Assembly (NCBI GenBank): GCA_023416855.1
Contig: JAEZGU010000316.1
Span: 83,270 to 147,269 of the forward strand
Origin: Bacillota bacterium
Lineage (GTDB): Bacteria; Bacillota; Clostridia; Tissierellales; Sedimentibacteraceae
DNA: 64,000 nucleotides
Reading direction: 5' to 3'
The notes under the pieces were generated by a model, which saw nothing but the letters and a program-made list of their open reading frames with translations, did no database searches and had not been told where the DNA came from. The translations under genes and the position numbers were made by a program. Below are positions 1-10,032 of the stretch, in pieces (the first letter of the stretch is position 1; the number at the start of each line of letters is the position of its first letter).

Positions 1-18
1 CATGGTTTCAACCAAATG

Positions 19-243
19 TTATAATCTAACACGTTGACTATCTAAGCTATCTAATCCTTTAATACCTACTAGATACCAATCATCAGACATTTCTATTCTA
101 GTCGGCTCCCATTTTCCATTAACAAACACTTCCAAAGTCTGTCCACAATGTAAGCCACCTTCAGTTGTTCCGTTATCATATTGAACATCTATTCTATCGC
201 TCTCTTCGTTGTAAAAAAGCACTCCATAATAATAATCTCTCAT
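19..243 (-). CDS. DUF5348-like small protein
   Basis: GLHCGQTLEVFVNGKWEPTRIEM..WYLVG motif; AAGGAGG SD before ATG 243. Confidence 0.7.
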   Translation of the reverse strand: MRDYYYGVLFYNEESDRIDVQYDNGTTEGGLHCGQTLEVFVNGKWEPTRIEMSDDWYLVGIKGLDSLDSQRVRL

Positions 244-285
244 ATTTAAGTTACCTCCTTTTACATAGGACACCTCATATTCAAA

Positions 286-606
286 TTACGAATTACTGTT
301 TAGTCGTTGAATTGTTTCAACAATATCCAAAGTTAAATACTTTTTAGGTATATCAAATTCTTGTATTTCAGTGCTTATGTCATCTCCTTTGAGTTTCATA
401 TCTTCTTTAGGTAACATCAGAGCGAATTCGTCTATTGGCATATCTCCAATAAAGCAAATTCCATCTTCTTCAACTTGCTGAAGTTTATAAAATCCTTTTT
501 CTTCTCCAACAACAATAAACTCATTTGGACGATTACCACCTTTGAAAATCGTTTTGTAAAAGGTTGAAGATTCCTTTAGTTCATATACCTTAAACTCTAA
601 TATCAT
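286..606 (-). CDS. hypothetical phage protein
   Basis: ORF with GAGGA SD before ATG 606. Confidence 0.65.
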   Translation of the reverse strand: MILEFKVYELKESSTFYKTIFKGGNRPNEFIVVGEEKGFYKLQQVEEDGICFIGDMPIDEFALMLPKEDMKLKGDDISTEIQEFDIPKKYLTLDIVETIQRLNSNS

Positions 607-681
607 TACTTCCTCAACTTTCTGAACCCATTTGGTTCGCAATAGACTTAAATTATTCATCAAATAATTGTTTTGTAAAAA

Positions 682-870
682 CTACAGAATATTTACCCAG
701 TTATCAAAATTATCTTTCCTATGCCACAGTAAATATGTGCCATCCATAGTATACACATCAACATTTCCAGTATGACTACTTTCTATAATATAGCGTTCTC
801 CTTTACTTAAGCCATTTTCATTTGTATTTGATACTGCTTTGTATTTATCAACCATTTTCTTGTCCTCCAA
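682..870 (-). CDS. hypothetical phage protein
   Basis: ORF in minus-strand operon; GGAGG SD suggests start slightly downstream of 870. Confidence 0.6.
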   Translation of the reverse strand: MEDKKMVDKYKAVSNTNENGLSKGERYIIESSHTGNVDVYTMDGTYLLWHRKDNFDNWVNIL

Positions 871-912
871 CCCAGAACAAAATTGTTATTTCACATCAAT
901 AGACATTGATTG

Positions 913-1506
913 CTATAACCTATTATATACCTTTTTGACTATTTCTTTATTCCAGCCAATAGAAAGCTTCTTTTTATTAATAATCAGACTATATAATGGA
1001 TTATTCTCTGCAATATTTAATATATATTTCAGAATATCTATATAATCATCAAAATTGTTTTTGATTAAATTAAAAGCGGTTATAAGCCACTGTTGATTGA
1101 AAACATATCCATTGTAATAGTCATTTATCTGAGGACATATGAAATTATAAACACCACCAATGCCCTGTAATTCAAATTCGTTTGCTTCTGCATTTCGTGG
1201 TTCTTCCATAATCTTGATATGAAGAATCAGATGTTCTAAAATATTGCAATATATCAGTCTATCTGCCTTTTGATATTCGTATGGATTATTTGGTGCAAAT
1301 TTATCATTACTTAGCATTATTGCCTTATCTTCATCTATGTGATGACAATAAAGTCCTTCACTGGTTCGTGAAACCTTTGGGTTTTTTGATTTACATGATT
1401 CATTACGAAAATAGTCATGTGTTGCCTTACCATACTTATTCAGAAGGTGGTTTACTAACTCAATATATGTCATTGTTAATTCCTTTTTTATCTCTATACT
1501 ATCCAT
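913..1506 (-). CDS. hypothetical protein with HNH-like motif
   Basis: GLYCHHIDE...LIYCNILEHLILH resembles a His-Me finger. Confidence 0.55.
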   Translation of the reverse strand: MDSIEIKKELTMTYIELVNHLLNKYGKATHDYFRNESCKSKNPKVSRTSEGLYCHHIDEDKAIMLSNDKFAPNNPYEYQKADRLIYCNILEHLILHIKIMEEPRNAEANEFELQGIGGVYNFICPQINDYYNGYVFNQQWLITAFNLIKNNFDDYIDILKYILNIAENNPLYSLIINKKKLSIGWNKEIVKKVYNRL

Positions 1507-1566
1507 TTTTCCACACTCCATTTACTAAGAATTCCAGCTTCAACTTTGTTTGAAACTGTTCTTATA

Positions 1567-1785
1567 TTATCTTTTAATTGAATCTAAATCAATTCCATAA
1601 ATTGCTTTAATCCAACCCTTAATATGTTCATCATATCTACCTAAAAGTCCTTCCCACAAGCACACTTCTCTAAACACTTCATTGGGAGAATAGTTGTCAA
1701 ATTGCTCATCCATACTTGTGTCATTATCATCTAAATCTTCTCTCAATCTCAATCTACGTAAAATATATTCAGGATATTTACTCAT
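1567..1785 (-). CDS. hypothetical phage protein
   Basis: ORF with AAGGGG SD. Confidence 0.7.
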   Translation of the reverse strand: MSKYPEYILRRLRLREDLDDNDTSMDEQFDNYSPNEVFREVCLWEGLLGRYDEHIKGWIKAIYGIDLDSIKR

Positions 1786-1905
1786 TGTACTAACCCCTTT
1801 CTGTTACATTCATCATACCATTTTCTGGTTTCTGTTACAACTCAGTTTGAACCTAATATCCGTTTTATCAACACTGAACTATTTACAGGTTGCTGTTATA
1901 TAACC

Positions 1906-2187
1906 TTATATGTTTTCAATAATAGTCAAAGCATCACATACTTCCTGCTCACTGTTACATAGAAATGTACCTTTTTCTGAAGCTCCATGAGGTCTAAGAA
2001 TATTCCAATCAAAATAACCATCATAATCACAAACAGCTACAGAATATTTATACTTACCATCATCAGGATTAACGATACTAGCTACCCAACCATTAGGGAA
2101 AACTATTGAACCTTCTCTTGTTCTTCTTATTTCTCCCATATTATTTCTTACTGTAATTCCCTTGTTTATATAATCTTGAATTGTCAT
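1906..2187 (-). CDS. hypothetical phage protein
   Basis: ORF with AAGGAG SD. Confidence 0.7.
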   Translation of the reverse strand: MTIQDYINKGITVRNNMGEIRRTREGSIVFPNGWVASIVNPDDGKYKYSVAVCDYDGYFDWNILRPHGASEKGTFLCNSEQEVCDALTIIENI

Positions 2188-2190
2188 ATC

Positions 2191-2496
2191 TTACATACTC
2201 CTTTTCTGAACTTTTCCATCTACTTCTTCATAATCAATAGAACAATTCTCACAGATGCAATTATCCTTATCTTTAAAAACTATTTCAGGATAACTATCAC
2301 TATGGCATACATTTCCACAAACTGTACAATTTAATGTAGATGTGTTATTTGTGTTACAATCTAAACAATAATACAATCTCTTCATGCTTCTTTTATCTAC
2401 CCATGTTTTTACTAATACCTTACTACCTTTTAATAATTCTTTTCCGCAATGGGAGCATATTTGATTTGTTCTTATTGTTGTAGTTCTTATTGTCAT
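2191..2496 (-). CDS. Cys-rich zinc-finger protein
   Basis: four CxxC pairs; GGAG SD; promoter at 2548-2576. Confidence 0.7.
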   Translation of the reverse strand: MTIRTTTIRTNQICSHCGKELLKGSKVLVKTWVDKRSMKRLYYCLDCNTNNTSTLNCTVCGNVCHSDSYPEIVFKDKDNCICENCSIDYEEVDGKVQKRSM

Positions 2497-2547
2497 TTCT
2501 AACCCACTCCATTATGCAATATTTATTTTATTAACTACTGTATCTAT

Positions 2548-2576
2548 AGTATAGCAAACTATCCAAAGAATGTCAA
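2548..2576 (-). promoter_or_regulatory. sigmaA-type promoter
   Basis: TTGACA-17-TATACT with TG extension. Confidence 0.8.
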
Positions 2577-2623
2577 TAAAAATATAAAATAATTATTTTA
2601 CGATTATATAAGTAGATTCGAAA

Positions 2624-2935
2624 TCACGAATCTATATTATCTCTATAATGAAATGAGAATTCTACTTCTTTATAAATTGCTTTCTTAATTTCTTCATTAG
2701 TTGAGTCTTCCCAAACTTCAATTTCACCCTCATAATAACCAATAGGTCGTATACCAATAGAATAATTAATAACTTTTGTTTTTCTTTGTATATTATATTC
2801 CTTTTCAGCGCTAACTAATGCTTCTACTGCATCATCAAAATCTTTTCTAGTTTTATCATTATTTGTTCTTCCTACAATACTTGCCTTGCATGTAACATCT
2901 GACTGCAATTTTTCAATATCTCTCCTTGTAATCAT
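2624..2935 (-). CDS. hypothetical phage protein
   Basis: ORF with AAGGA SD. Confidence 0.65.
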   Translation of the reverse strand: MITRRDIEKLQSDVTCKASIVGRTNNDKTRKDFDDAVEALVSAEKEYNIQRKTKVINYSIGIRPIGYYEGEIEVWEDSTNEEIKKAIYKEVEFSFHYRDNIDS

Positions 2936-2991
2936 AACAAGCTATCCTTTCTTATTTACAAAATTTGACTGTATTCAAAATTATACATTTG

Positions 2992-3183
2992 TTAAAAGTC
3001 TGATTTACGTTGAATAAACATAAATCCAATGTATAGAACTAATCCTGCTGAAAAATCTTTAAATACTCCAATATAATCTTTTTGGAATAAATCAATTATA
3101 ACAAATATTAACGAGGTATAAATCAGTATATAATTCACTATTCTAAACTGTTTACTATAAATAAAATCAAACCACCAACCCAT
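2992..3183 (-). CDS. small membrane protein
   Basis: two hydrophobic segments; AAGGAG SD. Confidence 0.6.
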   Translation of the reverse strand: MGWWFDFIYSKQFRIVNYILIYTSLIFVIIDLFQKDYIGVFKDFSAGLVLYIGFMFIQRKSDF

Positions 3184-3258
3184 ACGATTAACTCCTTTAT
3201 ATTATTATATTCTATTAAATTATACCATAAATTTACAGTAGACAAAAGTCTTGATTGA

Positions 3259-3456
3259 TTAAAAATCTATCTTAGTTTCCTTTTTTGCGTCCCAAACTTT
3301 TATCTGCAATTTATCTCTTCTATCTTGATAAAATTTAGACATTTTTTGAAAATTATTAAAATCTACTCCATTAAGCTTTTCACCGAATTCTTTTGCCCAT
3401 TTTGTTGTGTCATCCATTTCCCTTAATAGACTTTCTGCATCTGCTATACTCATCAT
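3259..3456 (-). CDS. hypothetical phage protein
   Basis: GGAGGT SD. Confidence 0.7.
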   Translation of the reverse strand: MMSIADAESLLREMDDTTKWAKEFGEKLNGVDFNNFQKMSKFYQDRRDKLQIKVWDAKKETKIDF

Positions 3457-3489
3457 AACTTTACCTCCAATTATTTGTAAATAAATATT

Positions 3490-3669
3490 TTATTTCATCA
3501 CTTTAATTCCATTTTCAGTTCTGTTATTATTAATAATTTTTTCAAATTCTTCTTTAGAAATGATTGCTACTAACCTGTCAAGTGTTGGATGTTCTTCAGT
3601 TGCTTCAACTCTTTCCAATACACAAAATTCATTTTCATTTTCAAAATTTTCTGTTAAAGAATATTTCAT
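3490..3669 (-). CDS. hypothetical protein (59 aa, not in ORF track)
   Basis: MKYSLTENFENENEFCVLERV...; GAGG SD. Confidence 0.55.
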   Translation of the reverse strand: MKYSLTENFENENEFCVLERVEATEEHPTLDRLVAIISKEEFEKIINNNRTENGIKVMK

Positions 3670-3726
3670 AATAAAGCCTCTTTAAAGTTTATTTAAAATC
3701 CACCTTTCATGTAAACACATGTTCTG

Positions 3727-4155
3727 CTATTCTTCGTCTTCTTCCTCATATTCATCATCAAAATAGTATTCATCATCTTCTTCATCAAAATCTTTAGTGT
3801 AAATTTCTCTATTCCCAAAATAAAATGTTCCGCCTTCTTCATAAGCAATAAAGTTTTTTTCGAAATCTAAAATTTGACCGCCTTCGCCTTCAAAGTTATT
3901 ATCAATAATTTCATAAGGGATACATCCTATTACACCAGCATCTACACTATAATCTAAACCACAATTATCAGAATATGTTCCATCGCCATATGCTGTTCCT
4001 GCTATAAATACAGTCTTGCCTTTAAATTCAAAACTATCACTATCTTGAAACCAATTAGTTTTCTCTCCTAATTCATCCCAGTGTTCATCATTAATAACAT
4101 AACATAAATCTCCGACATAATATCTTCCTGCTTTAAATTCTACACTCATAATCAA
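3727..4155 (-). CDS. conserved phage protein with acidic tail
   Basis: YYVGDLCYV...TAYGDGTY...VDAGVIGCIP; D/E-rich C-terminus. Confidence 0.7.
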   Translation of the reverse strand: MIMSVEFKAGRYYVGDLCYVINDEHWDELGEKTNWFQDSDSFEFKGKTVFIAGTAYGDGTYSDNCGLDYSVDAGVIGCIPYEIIDNNFEGEGGQILDFEKNFIAYEEGGTFYFGNREIYTKDFDEEDDEYYFDDEYEEEDEE

Positions 4156-4197
4156 TCCATCCTTTCTATTAAGACCAAATGTAATATTTATCTTAAC

Positions 4198-4530
4198 TTA
4201 TTCTTTCCAATTCTTAACCTTGTATATTATTTCTGCTAAGTCATCAGCTTTAATCCAACCTGCTATTTTACTTCCATCTCCATTAATACCTTCAGGTAAA
4301 AATTGTTGAATATCTAAGTCATTATGATTAACATCAAATACAATCGCTTCACAATTTTTAGATTCCCTTTGTTTTACATATGTATTATAAGGATTTATGT
4401 CACTATTTTCTATTTTTCTATTAGAACAATAATTTCCTTCACCAATTGCTATAGATATTGTCAAACCATTTTCAAAAGTTATTTGTGTATTAAAGTTATA
4501 AGACATTTTAATCATTCTTAAATCCTCCAT
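4198..4530 (-). CDS. hypothetical phage protein
   Basis: ITFENGLTISI..G.GNYC motif; SD suggests start near 4515. Confidence 0.65.
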   Translation of the reverse strand: MEDLRMIKMSYNFNTQITFENGLTISIAIGEGNYCSNRKIENSDINPYNTYVKQRESKNCEAIVFDVNHNDLDIQQFLPEGINGDGSKIAGWIKADDLAEIIYKVKNWKE

Positions 4531-4533
4531 TTT

Positions 4534-4821
4534 CTAGGCTTTCAAGCCTTTGCTTTCTATTAAACTGTCAAATTCTTTCATTGGGACAACATCAGCAATT
4601 AATTCAATTATCATTTCATAATTACTGCCTATAATTCTAGGTTCTCTTACTACTTTTGTTTCTCCATGATTCTTATTTGCAAACTTTTTTATTACTTCGT
4701 ACTTGTTTTGGATATTTCCTTTTATGTATTTGTTCATATATATTATGTACTCGTTTGGTGCGTTATTAAATTTTACATTGTTTTTGATAATTTCAGTTAA
4801 TTGTTTAGTCATATACACCAT
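4534..4821 (-). CDS. hypothetical phage protein
   Basis: ORF in operon with SD. Confidence 0.6.
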   Translation of the reverse strand: MVYMTKQLTEIIKNNVKFNNAPNEYIIYMNKYIKGNIQNKYEVIKKFANKNHGETKVVREPRIIGSNYEMIIELIADVVPMKEFDSLIESKGLKA

Positions 4822-4850
4822 CCTTTCACTTTCATAAATCCATATCTATC

Positions 4851-5024
4851 CTACTCTTTTATAAATTCCAAATATTCTGTATATGCCACGTCAGATAATC
4901 CATACCAAGATGAACTACTATATTTATCATGTGCTATTACTTCTCGTGCTAGTGTTGGATATTTATCTGATACTTTATGAACTGCGCCATTATCTATAAT
5001 TTGTACTTTCTTTAAATTACTCAT
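4851..5024 (-). CDS. hypothetical phage protein
   Basis: AAGGGAG SD before ATG 5024. Confidence 0.55.
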   Translation of the reverse strand: MSNLKKVQIIDNGAVHKVSDKYPTLAREVIAHDKYSSSSWYGLSDVAYTEYLEFIKE

Positions 5025-5037
5025 AATCTTTCTCCCT

Positions 5038-5301
5038 TTAATATTTATGATATAAGGTATAACACATAGCTGCTCTTTCGTCCATTGGTTCAATTACAAT
5101 ATAATATGTAAATGTACCATCACTAAATGTTTTCTTATACACTTCTAATGCTTTTGAATTATCAATCAAAGTAGCAGTATCACCAACACCTAACTTTGCT
5201 TTAGTATCAATACCTAATAATTCTTTTGCAAACTTTACTTGATTTTTACTATTTTCAAATCCATCAAATTGTTCTCTTGTTAAATCCATAATCTTTTCCA
5301 T
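5038..5301 (-). CDS. hypothetical phage protein
   Basis: GGAGG SD before ATG 5301. Confidence 0.65.
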   Translation of the reverse strand: MEKIMDLTREQFDGFENSKNQVKFAKELLGIDTKAKLGVGDTATLIDNSKALEVYKKTFSDGTFTYYIVIEPMDERAAMCYTLYHKY

Positions 5302-5765
5302 AATATAATCCTCCATTCATATTATTATACTTGTGTAAAATAAGCTGTACTACCATATCCATGAACTTCAATATGACTTTCACACCCATTTAATAGTTGC
5401 CCAAAAACAATTTCCCATCCAAATGGAGTATCAATCATATGCGAATCTAAAATCTCTTTTACTTTTCCGATTTTTTCATTTTTATTAATTATAGTCATAT
5501 TACTTTATTCCTTTCTTTTCACAGTTGATAAAATTCAACTTTCATTTAATCTTCTATATATCCACAATCAACATTAATAGTAAAATCCTCATCTGTTACT
5601 TTAGTTAATGCCTCTTTGATAGCTTCTTCTAATTGTTTAAAAGATTCTATATAGTTATCAGTACATAAATACTTCATGTCAACTTTTATTGATACATCAT
5701 GTACTAAAGCCATAATTAAAACCATCCTTCACTATATTAATATAATTTAATTGCCTTACAATAAT

Positions 5766-5794
5766 ATTATATCACTGTTATTTAGTATTGTCAA
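5766..5794 (-). promoter_or_regulatory. sigmaA-type promoter
   Basis: perfect TTGACA-17-TATAAT with TG. Confidence 0.85.
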
Positions 5795-5972
5795 TACTAA
5801 ATTTAATATTTCTTGAACTATTTTTTAACTCGTGTTACATAGAAATTTTTGAAAATCACCTGTTACATTGGGTAACGCTGTTATACAGCAATATCAAAAA
5901 TCCGTAGGTATATTTTAAGACTGCTGTTACATAGGCTTTTTTAATTTTCTGTACAACATATAATGCCGGCTG

Positions 5973-6266
5973 TTACTCACATAAAAACCATTCTAAACTT
6001 TTGTTATAGTGTAAACATAGTTTACATATATACTCTAAAGGTATTTTATTCCCCATCCAATTACCAGAGCTACTTAATTTAGCTTTTTTAAAGTAAGCCT
6101 GTGCCGTACTATATTTAATACTTAATATGTCCTGTACAGTCTGGATGGGGAATTTATCCTCTTGTGTCAAATTTCTAAGCTTAATTAATTGTTGTTTATG
6201 TGTCAAATTGTTATATAGATTTATAATATATAAAATGTCGTTTAATAACTTTGTATCTTGTTCCAT
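5973..6266 (-). CDS. Cro/C1-type helix-turn-helix protein
   Basis: TVQDILSIKYSTAQAY...IPLEYICKLCLHYNKSLEWFL typical XRE-HTH pattern. Confidence 0.6.
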   Translation of the reverse strand: MEQDTKLLNDILYIINLYNNLTHKQQLIKLRNLTQEDKFPIQTVQDILSIKYSTAQAYFKKAKLSSSGNWMGNKIPLEYICKLCLHYNKSLEWFLCE

Positions 6267-6278
6267 ATATCCTCCATG

Positions 6279-6806
6279 TTATTTATCAGAATTAGGATTA
6301 ATAAGCTTGTAGTTATTTTTGTTCCTTGTCTTGCCCTCGATAATTTGTTTTATTAATGGGTACGTTACATTATACTTCTTTGCTAACTCTCTATAACTAT
6401 TATATACTTGTTTCTTATCGTATTGGTTTATAGGTCTGTTACTCAGGGTGTTTTGATAATCAATCTTTATTTGTTCCGCTTGCTCTTGATTAATTTTTAT
6501 TCTTGCTCTGTGTCCGTCACCTTGGATTAAATCACCACGAAAAACACAATATAAATTGTCAATATGAACATTTAACTTATTAGAATCCTTAAAGCTAATA
6601 CATTGGTTTATATCTGATATATCAAAGCTAGGATTGAAAGCCTTATATATTGCTCTAGCTAAAGGATAAACTTTTTTACCATCTGGTGTGTTAAATCTCA
6701 TTTCTAACCTACCACGTTTGATAATTGGTTTTCTTAATTTGCCATGTTCATTATACACCTGTCCATACTCTGTTATAATATAAATGTGAAAACTTGCTGT
6801 TCTCAT
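6279..6806 (-). CDS. degenerate HNH (NUMOD4-like) protein with C-terminal HTH
   Basis: YIITEYGQVY, ARAIYKAF, SFKDSNKLNVHIDNL; SYRELAKKYNVTYPLIKQII; GGTGG SD. Confidence 0.6.
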   Translation of the reverse strand: MRTASFHIYIITEYGQVYNEHGKLRKPIIKRGRLEMRFNTPDGKKVYPLARAIYKAFNPSFDISDINQCISFKDSNKLNVHIDNLYCVFRGDLIQGDGHRARIKINQEQAEQIKIDYQNTLSNRPINQYDKKQVYNSYRELAKKYNVTYPLIKQIIEGKTRNKNNYKLINPNSDK

Positions 6807-6913
6807 AAAACCACCAAAAGATAAATAGCCGATAAAATACCCTGTTATGGATACCCTATCAGCTACTAAGATTTTATAACATGTTGTGTTACTTAGAATT
6901 ACACTATTATATT

Positions 6914-7129
6914 TTATTGTTTTTCTGTCCAATACTTAGCAGGTAACATTAAACTTTTAAATTCCCATCCTGCTCCATATGCTAAACGGTATTCTGTTAT
7001 TAAATGTTTTTTCTCTGCTAAATCTTTTGCATAATCACAATGCTCGAAGGCTCTTGAATACTGGCTGTTACGTGTTAATATTTGATATTTATATCCTTGT
7101 TCTGGAGCGTATGCTTGTGGTCTGCTCAT
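6914..7129 (-). CDS. hypothetical phage protein
   Basis: coupled to upstream gene; GGAGGTGG SD. Confidence 0.7.
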   Translation of the reverse strand: MSRPQAYAPEQGYKYQILTRNSQYSRAFEHCDYAKDLAEKKHLITEYRLAYGAGWEFKSLMLPAKYWTEKQ

Positions 7130-7524
7130 TATCCTGCCACCTCCTGTAATTCATTCACTAACTCGTATATATCACCATCATATATTTTTTTTAGTTTATC
7201 AAGCTGTTTAACACATTTTCTATGGATTTTTTCGGCTTGTCGGCTGTCTGTATCATATCCAAACTCAGAACAAAAATCTTCAAATGAATAACTACCACTT
7301 ACTGAATCAGATATAAAACAATAAAAAGCGTTTAATATATCGTATTCCTTTTTTAATTCTAGTTCTGAAATACTTGCCCAAAATTCAAAAGTTACACTTT
7401 GGTTTATTTCTGTATTTGTTACCTTAACCATGTGATTATTAAAATTATTACTACCTTCTGCTTTTTTGTTACCCTTATAACTTGCTTTCACTTCAAACTG
7501 TTTAAATGTTGCTGTTACACTCAT
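7129..7524 (-). CDS. conserved phage early protein
   Basis: SFEDFCSEFGYDTDSRQAEKI motif. Confidence 0.7.
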   Translation of the reverse strand: MSVTATFKQFEVKASYKGNKKAEGSNNFNNHMVKVTNTEINQSVTFEFWASISELELKKEYDILNAFYCFISDSVSGSYSFEDFCSEFGYDTDSRQAEKIHRKCVKQLDKLKKIYDGDIYELVNELQEVAG

Positions 7525-7642
7525 AAACTACCTACTTTCTACTAGGATTTAATTAACCTAGATTTATAGAATATTGGTTTACCATCATCAGTATACAAGT
7601 TACCATCTTGTATATACTAGCCTGTTATGGCTAGTTTCGGCT

Positions 7643-8059
7643 CTAATTACATCTGTAAATAAAGTATTCATCCTGCTCGTTTTCCTCTCCATCATATCCA
7701 GCAAGGAAATGTCCTCTACCATCTGATTCAATTGCATCTTCTACAAATTCGTCAAAATCTGATATCATAGCTTTTAATAATTCGTTTGCATCTTCGGAAA
7801 GTTCTTCCTGCATTCTTTTTAATGATTTTTCTATTCTTGCATTCCATTCAATACTAGTATGGTCAAGAATAAAATTTGCATTAAATGCCCAAACAGATTC
7901 TTCTATATTATCTTTTACGGCGTTATCTGCTTCTTCTTTTGTAAGAACTAAATATTCTTGATTTCCATATTCAAAAATGTTTTCGTTGTAACCTTGTGTA
8001 ATCTCATCTGTATCTGTCTCTAAAAACTTTGCTAAACTTTCGATTTTTGAATTAGTCAT
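7643..8059 (-). CDS. acidic phage protein
   Basis: about a quarter D/E; DGRGHFLAGYDGEENE motif; own promoter 8141-8170. Confidence 0.75.
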   Translation of the reverse strand: MTNSKIESLAKFLETDTDEITQGYNENIFEYGNQEYLVLTKEEADNAVKDNIEESVWAFNANFILDHTSIEWNARIEKSLKRMQEELSEDANELLKAMISDFDEFVEDAIESDGRGHFLAGYDGEENEQDEYFIYRCN

Positions 8060-8140
8060 ATTGTACTCGCTTTCTACCTAGTCTTATTTGCTAGGATTTA
8101 CAAAATTTATTTGTTTTGTGTACCTCATTGGTACATTCTT

Positions 8141-8170
8141 AGTATAACACATATGTTTTTAGTATGTCAA
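8141..8170 (-). promoter_or_regulatory. sigmaA-type promoter
   Basis: TTGACA-18-TATACT. Confidence 0.75.
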
Positions 8171-8546
8171 TACTAATTTATAAAGTTTCTAAAAATATTT
8201 TGTTTTAGTATATTTGGCTTTCTGCTCCCACGTTAAAAAAATTGTATTTAAAATACACTTATATTATATGCTATTTACCAATAAAATACAACTTTAATTA
8301 GTAAAATAATTACGATTAAATATACTTTTTATGAAAAGAGAAAAAGCCGATTTTACTCGGCCTTTTTATATCCATTAGCTTTTGCTGTTTCTAATAACCA
8401 TATTTCATAACTTTCGTTTTCATATAATCTATCTTTGTATGCCTCTTTAATTTCATCAAGTGTTGCTCCTGTTTCAATTATTAAATATTTTTCTAATTCA
8501 TTCATATTATTATAGCCACCTTTCAAATATATATTTGATATTTATT

Positions 8547-8575
8547 ATATTACTCTTATTCGCTCCATAAGTCAA
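8547..8575 (-). promoter_or_regulatory. sigmaA-type promoter
   Basis: TTGACT-17-TAATAT. Confidence 0.6.
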
Positions 8576-8756
8576 TACAAAATCATAAAATAATATTCAA
8601 ACAATTGTTTTCGTCTATAATCCGTTTTAAGCCTTTAAATAATCAAGTATACTAATTATATTACCCTATCATTAAAAATCGTTTTAAAGGGATTCTGTGA
8701 CGTTGGTTTTCGGCTCTGGCTGATACGAAATAAAAAAGCTAGTAAATTAACACTAG

Positions 8757-9101
8757 CTACCGCCAAAACTTACAATAAAAATTTTTGTCAACTGGTTTTA
8801 AATTTACTTTAATTCCTTTTATTTGTCGGACTAAAAAACTATATACAGCGTTTCCTATCTGCTCAACCAACAACTGATTTATATTGTCATTATCGGCTAA
8901 TTCTTTTATATTCTGATTCTTTTTAATTATGCCTTGCTCCTGCATATACTCCAATGTTTCTGTAATGTTTAAATGTTCTTTTGTTATTTCTTCAATAAAT
9001 CCAGATTCTCCAAAACTGTATATTTCCGATTCTATATTATATGTAAATTGGTTTTGTAATGTACATTCTCGGCAATTCCTGCATGATTTTTCTATATCCA
9101 T
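8757..9101 (-). CDS. hypothetical protein (Cys motifs at both ends)
   Basis: CRNCREC...FYCKFWR; GGAGG SD. Confidence 0.7.
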   Translation of the reverse strand: MDIEKSCRNCRECTLQNQFTYNIESEIYSFGESGFIEEITKEHLNITETLEYMQEQGIIKKNQNIKELADNDNINQLLVEQIGNAVYSFLVRQIKGIKVNLKPVDKNFYCKFWR

Positions 9102-9132
9102 GTTTTAACCTCCAATAGTTAAAAGGCTACTG

Positions 9133-9597
9133 TTAAGCAGCCTTTATTGATTCACTATTTAATAATTCATTTATTATATTATCCTTATAACCTTCATTAT
9201 AAAACTTTGTAAAGCTGAACCCTCTTTCACTCCATAAGTGACGAACCGATTCATGATAGTGTAAACTATCAACAAAAATAATAGTTTTTATTTTATTTTT
9301 TGCCTTAGACCATGATTCCCACTTGTCATTAATTTCAATTTTAATACTGTTACTCTTAAATATATGGTCGTATCTTCCCATAATTTTTTTATTATCTTTT
9401 GTTATAATCATAATATCTGTATCAATTGTGTGTATATATGCATAATATTTATCAAAGTGTAATTCATTGGTTTTTATTAATAACTTGTTAGTAAAATTTA
9501 TTATATCCTCTTTTGTTGTGTTTTCTGTTATTTGCATGGGATAAACTTTCCATGTAAAGTTATTTAATTCCTCATCATTTAATGAACGTGTTATCAT
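9133..9597 (-). CDS. hypothetical phage protein
   Basis: GGAGGG SD. Confidence 0.7.
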   Translation of the reverse strand: MITRSLNDEELNNFTWKVYPMQITENTTKEDIINFTNKLLIKTNELHFDKYYAYIHTIDTDIMIITKDNKKIMGRYDHIFKSNSIKIEINDKWESWSKAKNKIKTIIFVDSLHYHESVRHLWSERGFSFTKFYNEGYKDNIINELLNSESIKAA

Positions 9598-9652
9598 TTT
9601 AAACCCTCCATATATTATATTAATAAAGTAATGCAGGGATTTTATACCCTGC

Positions 9653-9883
9653 TTAAAAATTCAATATTAATGTTCCTTTATATGTGTTAAACATTCCACT
9701 TACTGGGTATTTACCATTAAAACTAATATCTTTTAAAGCAGTTTTATTTATTTCTTTTTCGGTAGTTGCTCCTGCAACATTATCAATTATGTACTGTATT
9801 ACTTCAACTGTTTTAATGTGTCCTTGACTTACTTTCTCGGCTATTTCCTTTGATAATTTAATTTCCATTTTTAAACCCTCCAA
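9653..9883 (-). CDS. hypothetical phage protein
   Basis: GGAGGG SD (start likely MEIKLS); followed by hairpin GCAGGG/CCCTGC. Confidence 0.65.
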   Translation of the reverse strand: MEGLKMEIKLSKEIAEKVSQGHIKTVEVIQYIIDNVAGATTEKEINKTALKDISFNGKYPVSGMFNTYKGTLILNF

Positions 9884-9908
9884 AAAAATTATTAACTATC
9901 ATGTATAT

Positions 9909-9938
9909 ATATTACCATATGTTTATATTAATAGTCAA
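9909..9938 (-). promoter_or_regulatory. sigmaA-type promoter
   Basis: TTGACT-18-TAATAT, TG. Confidence 0.65.
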
Positions 9939-10032
9939 TAGTTTTGATAAATATTTTATTTTAATATTCTTATATTTAAAAAATTGCAGGTTGAGTGATT
10001 CCTGACGGCTTCGCTCCTCAAGTCCATAATTA

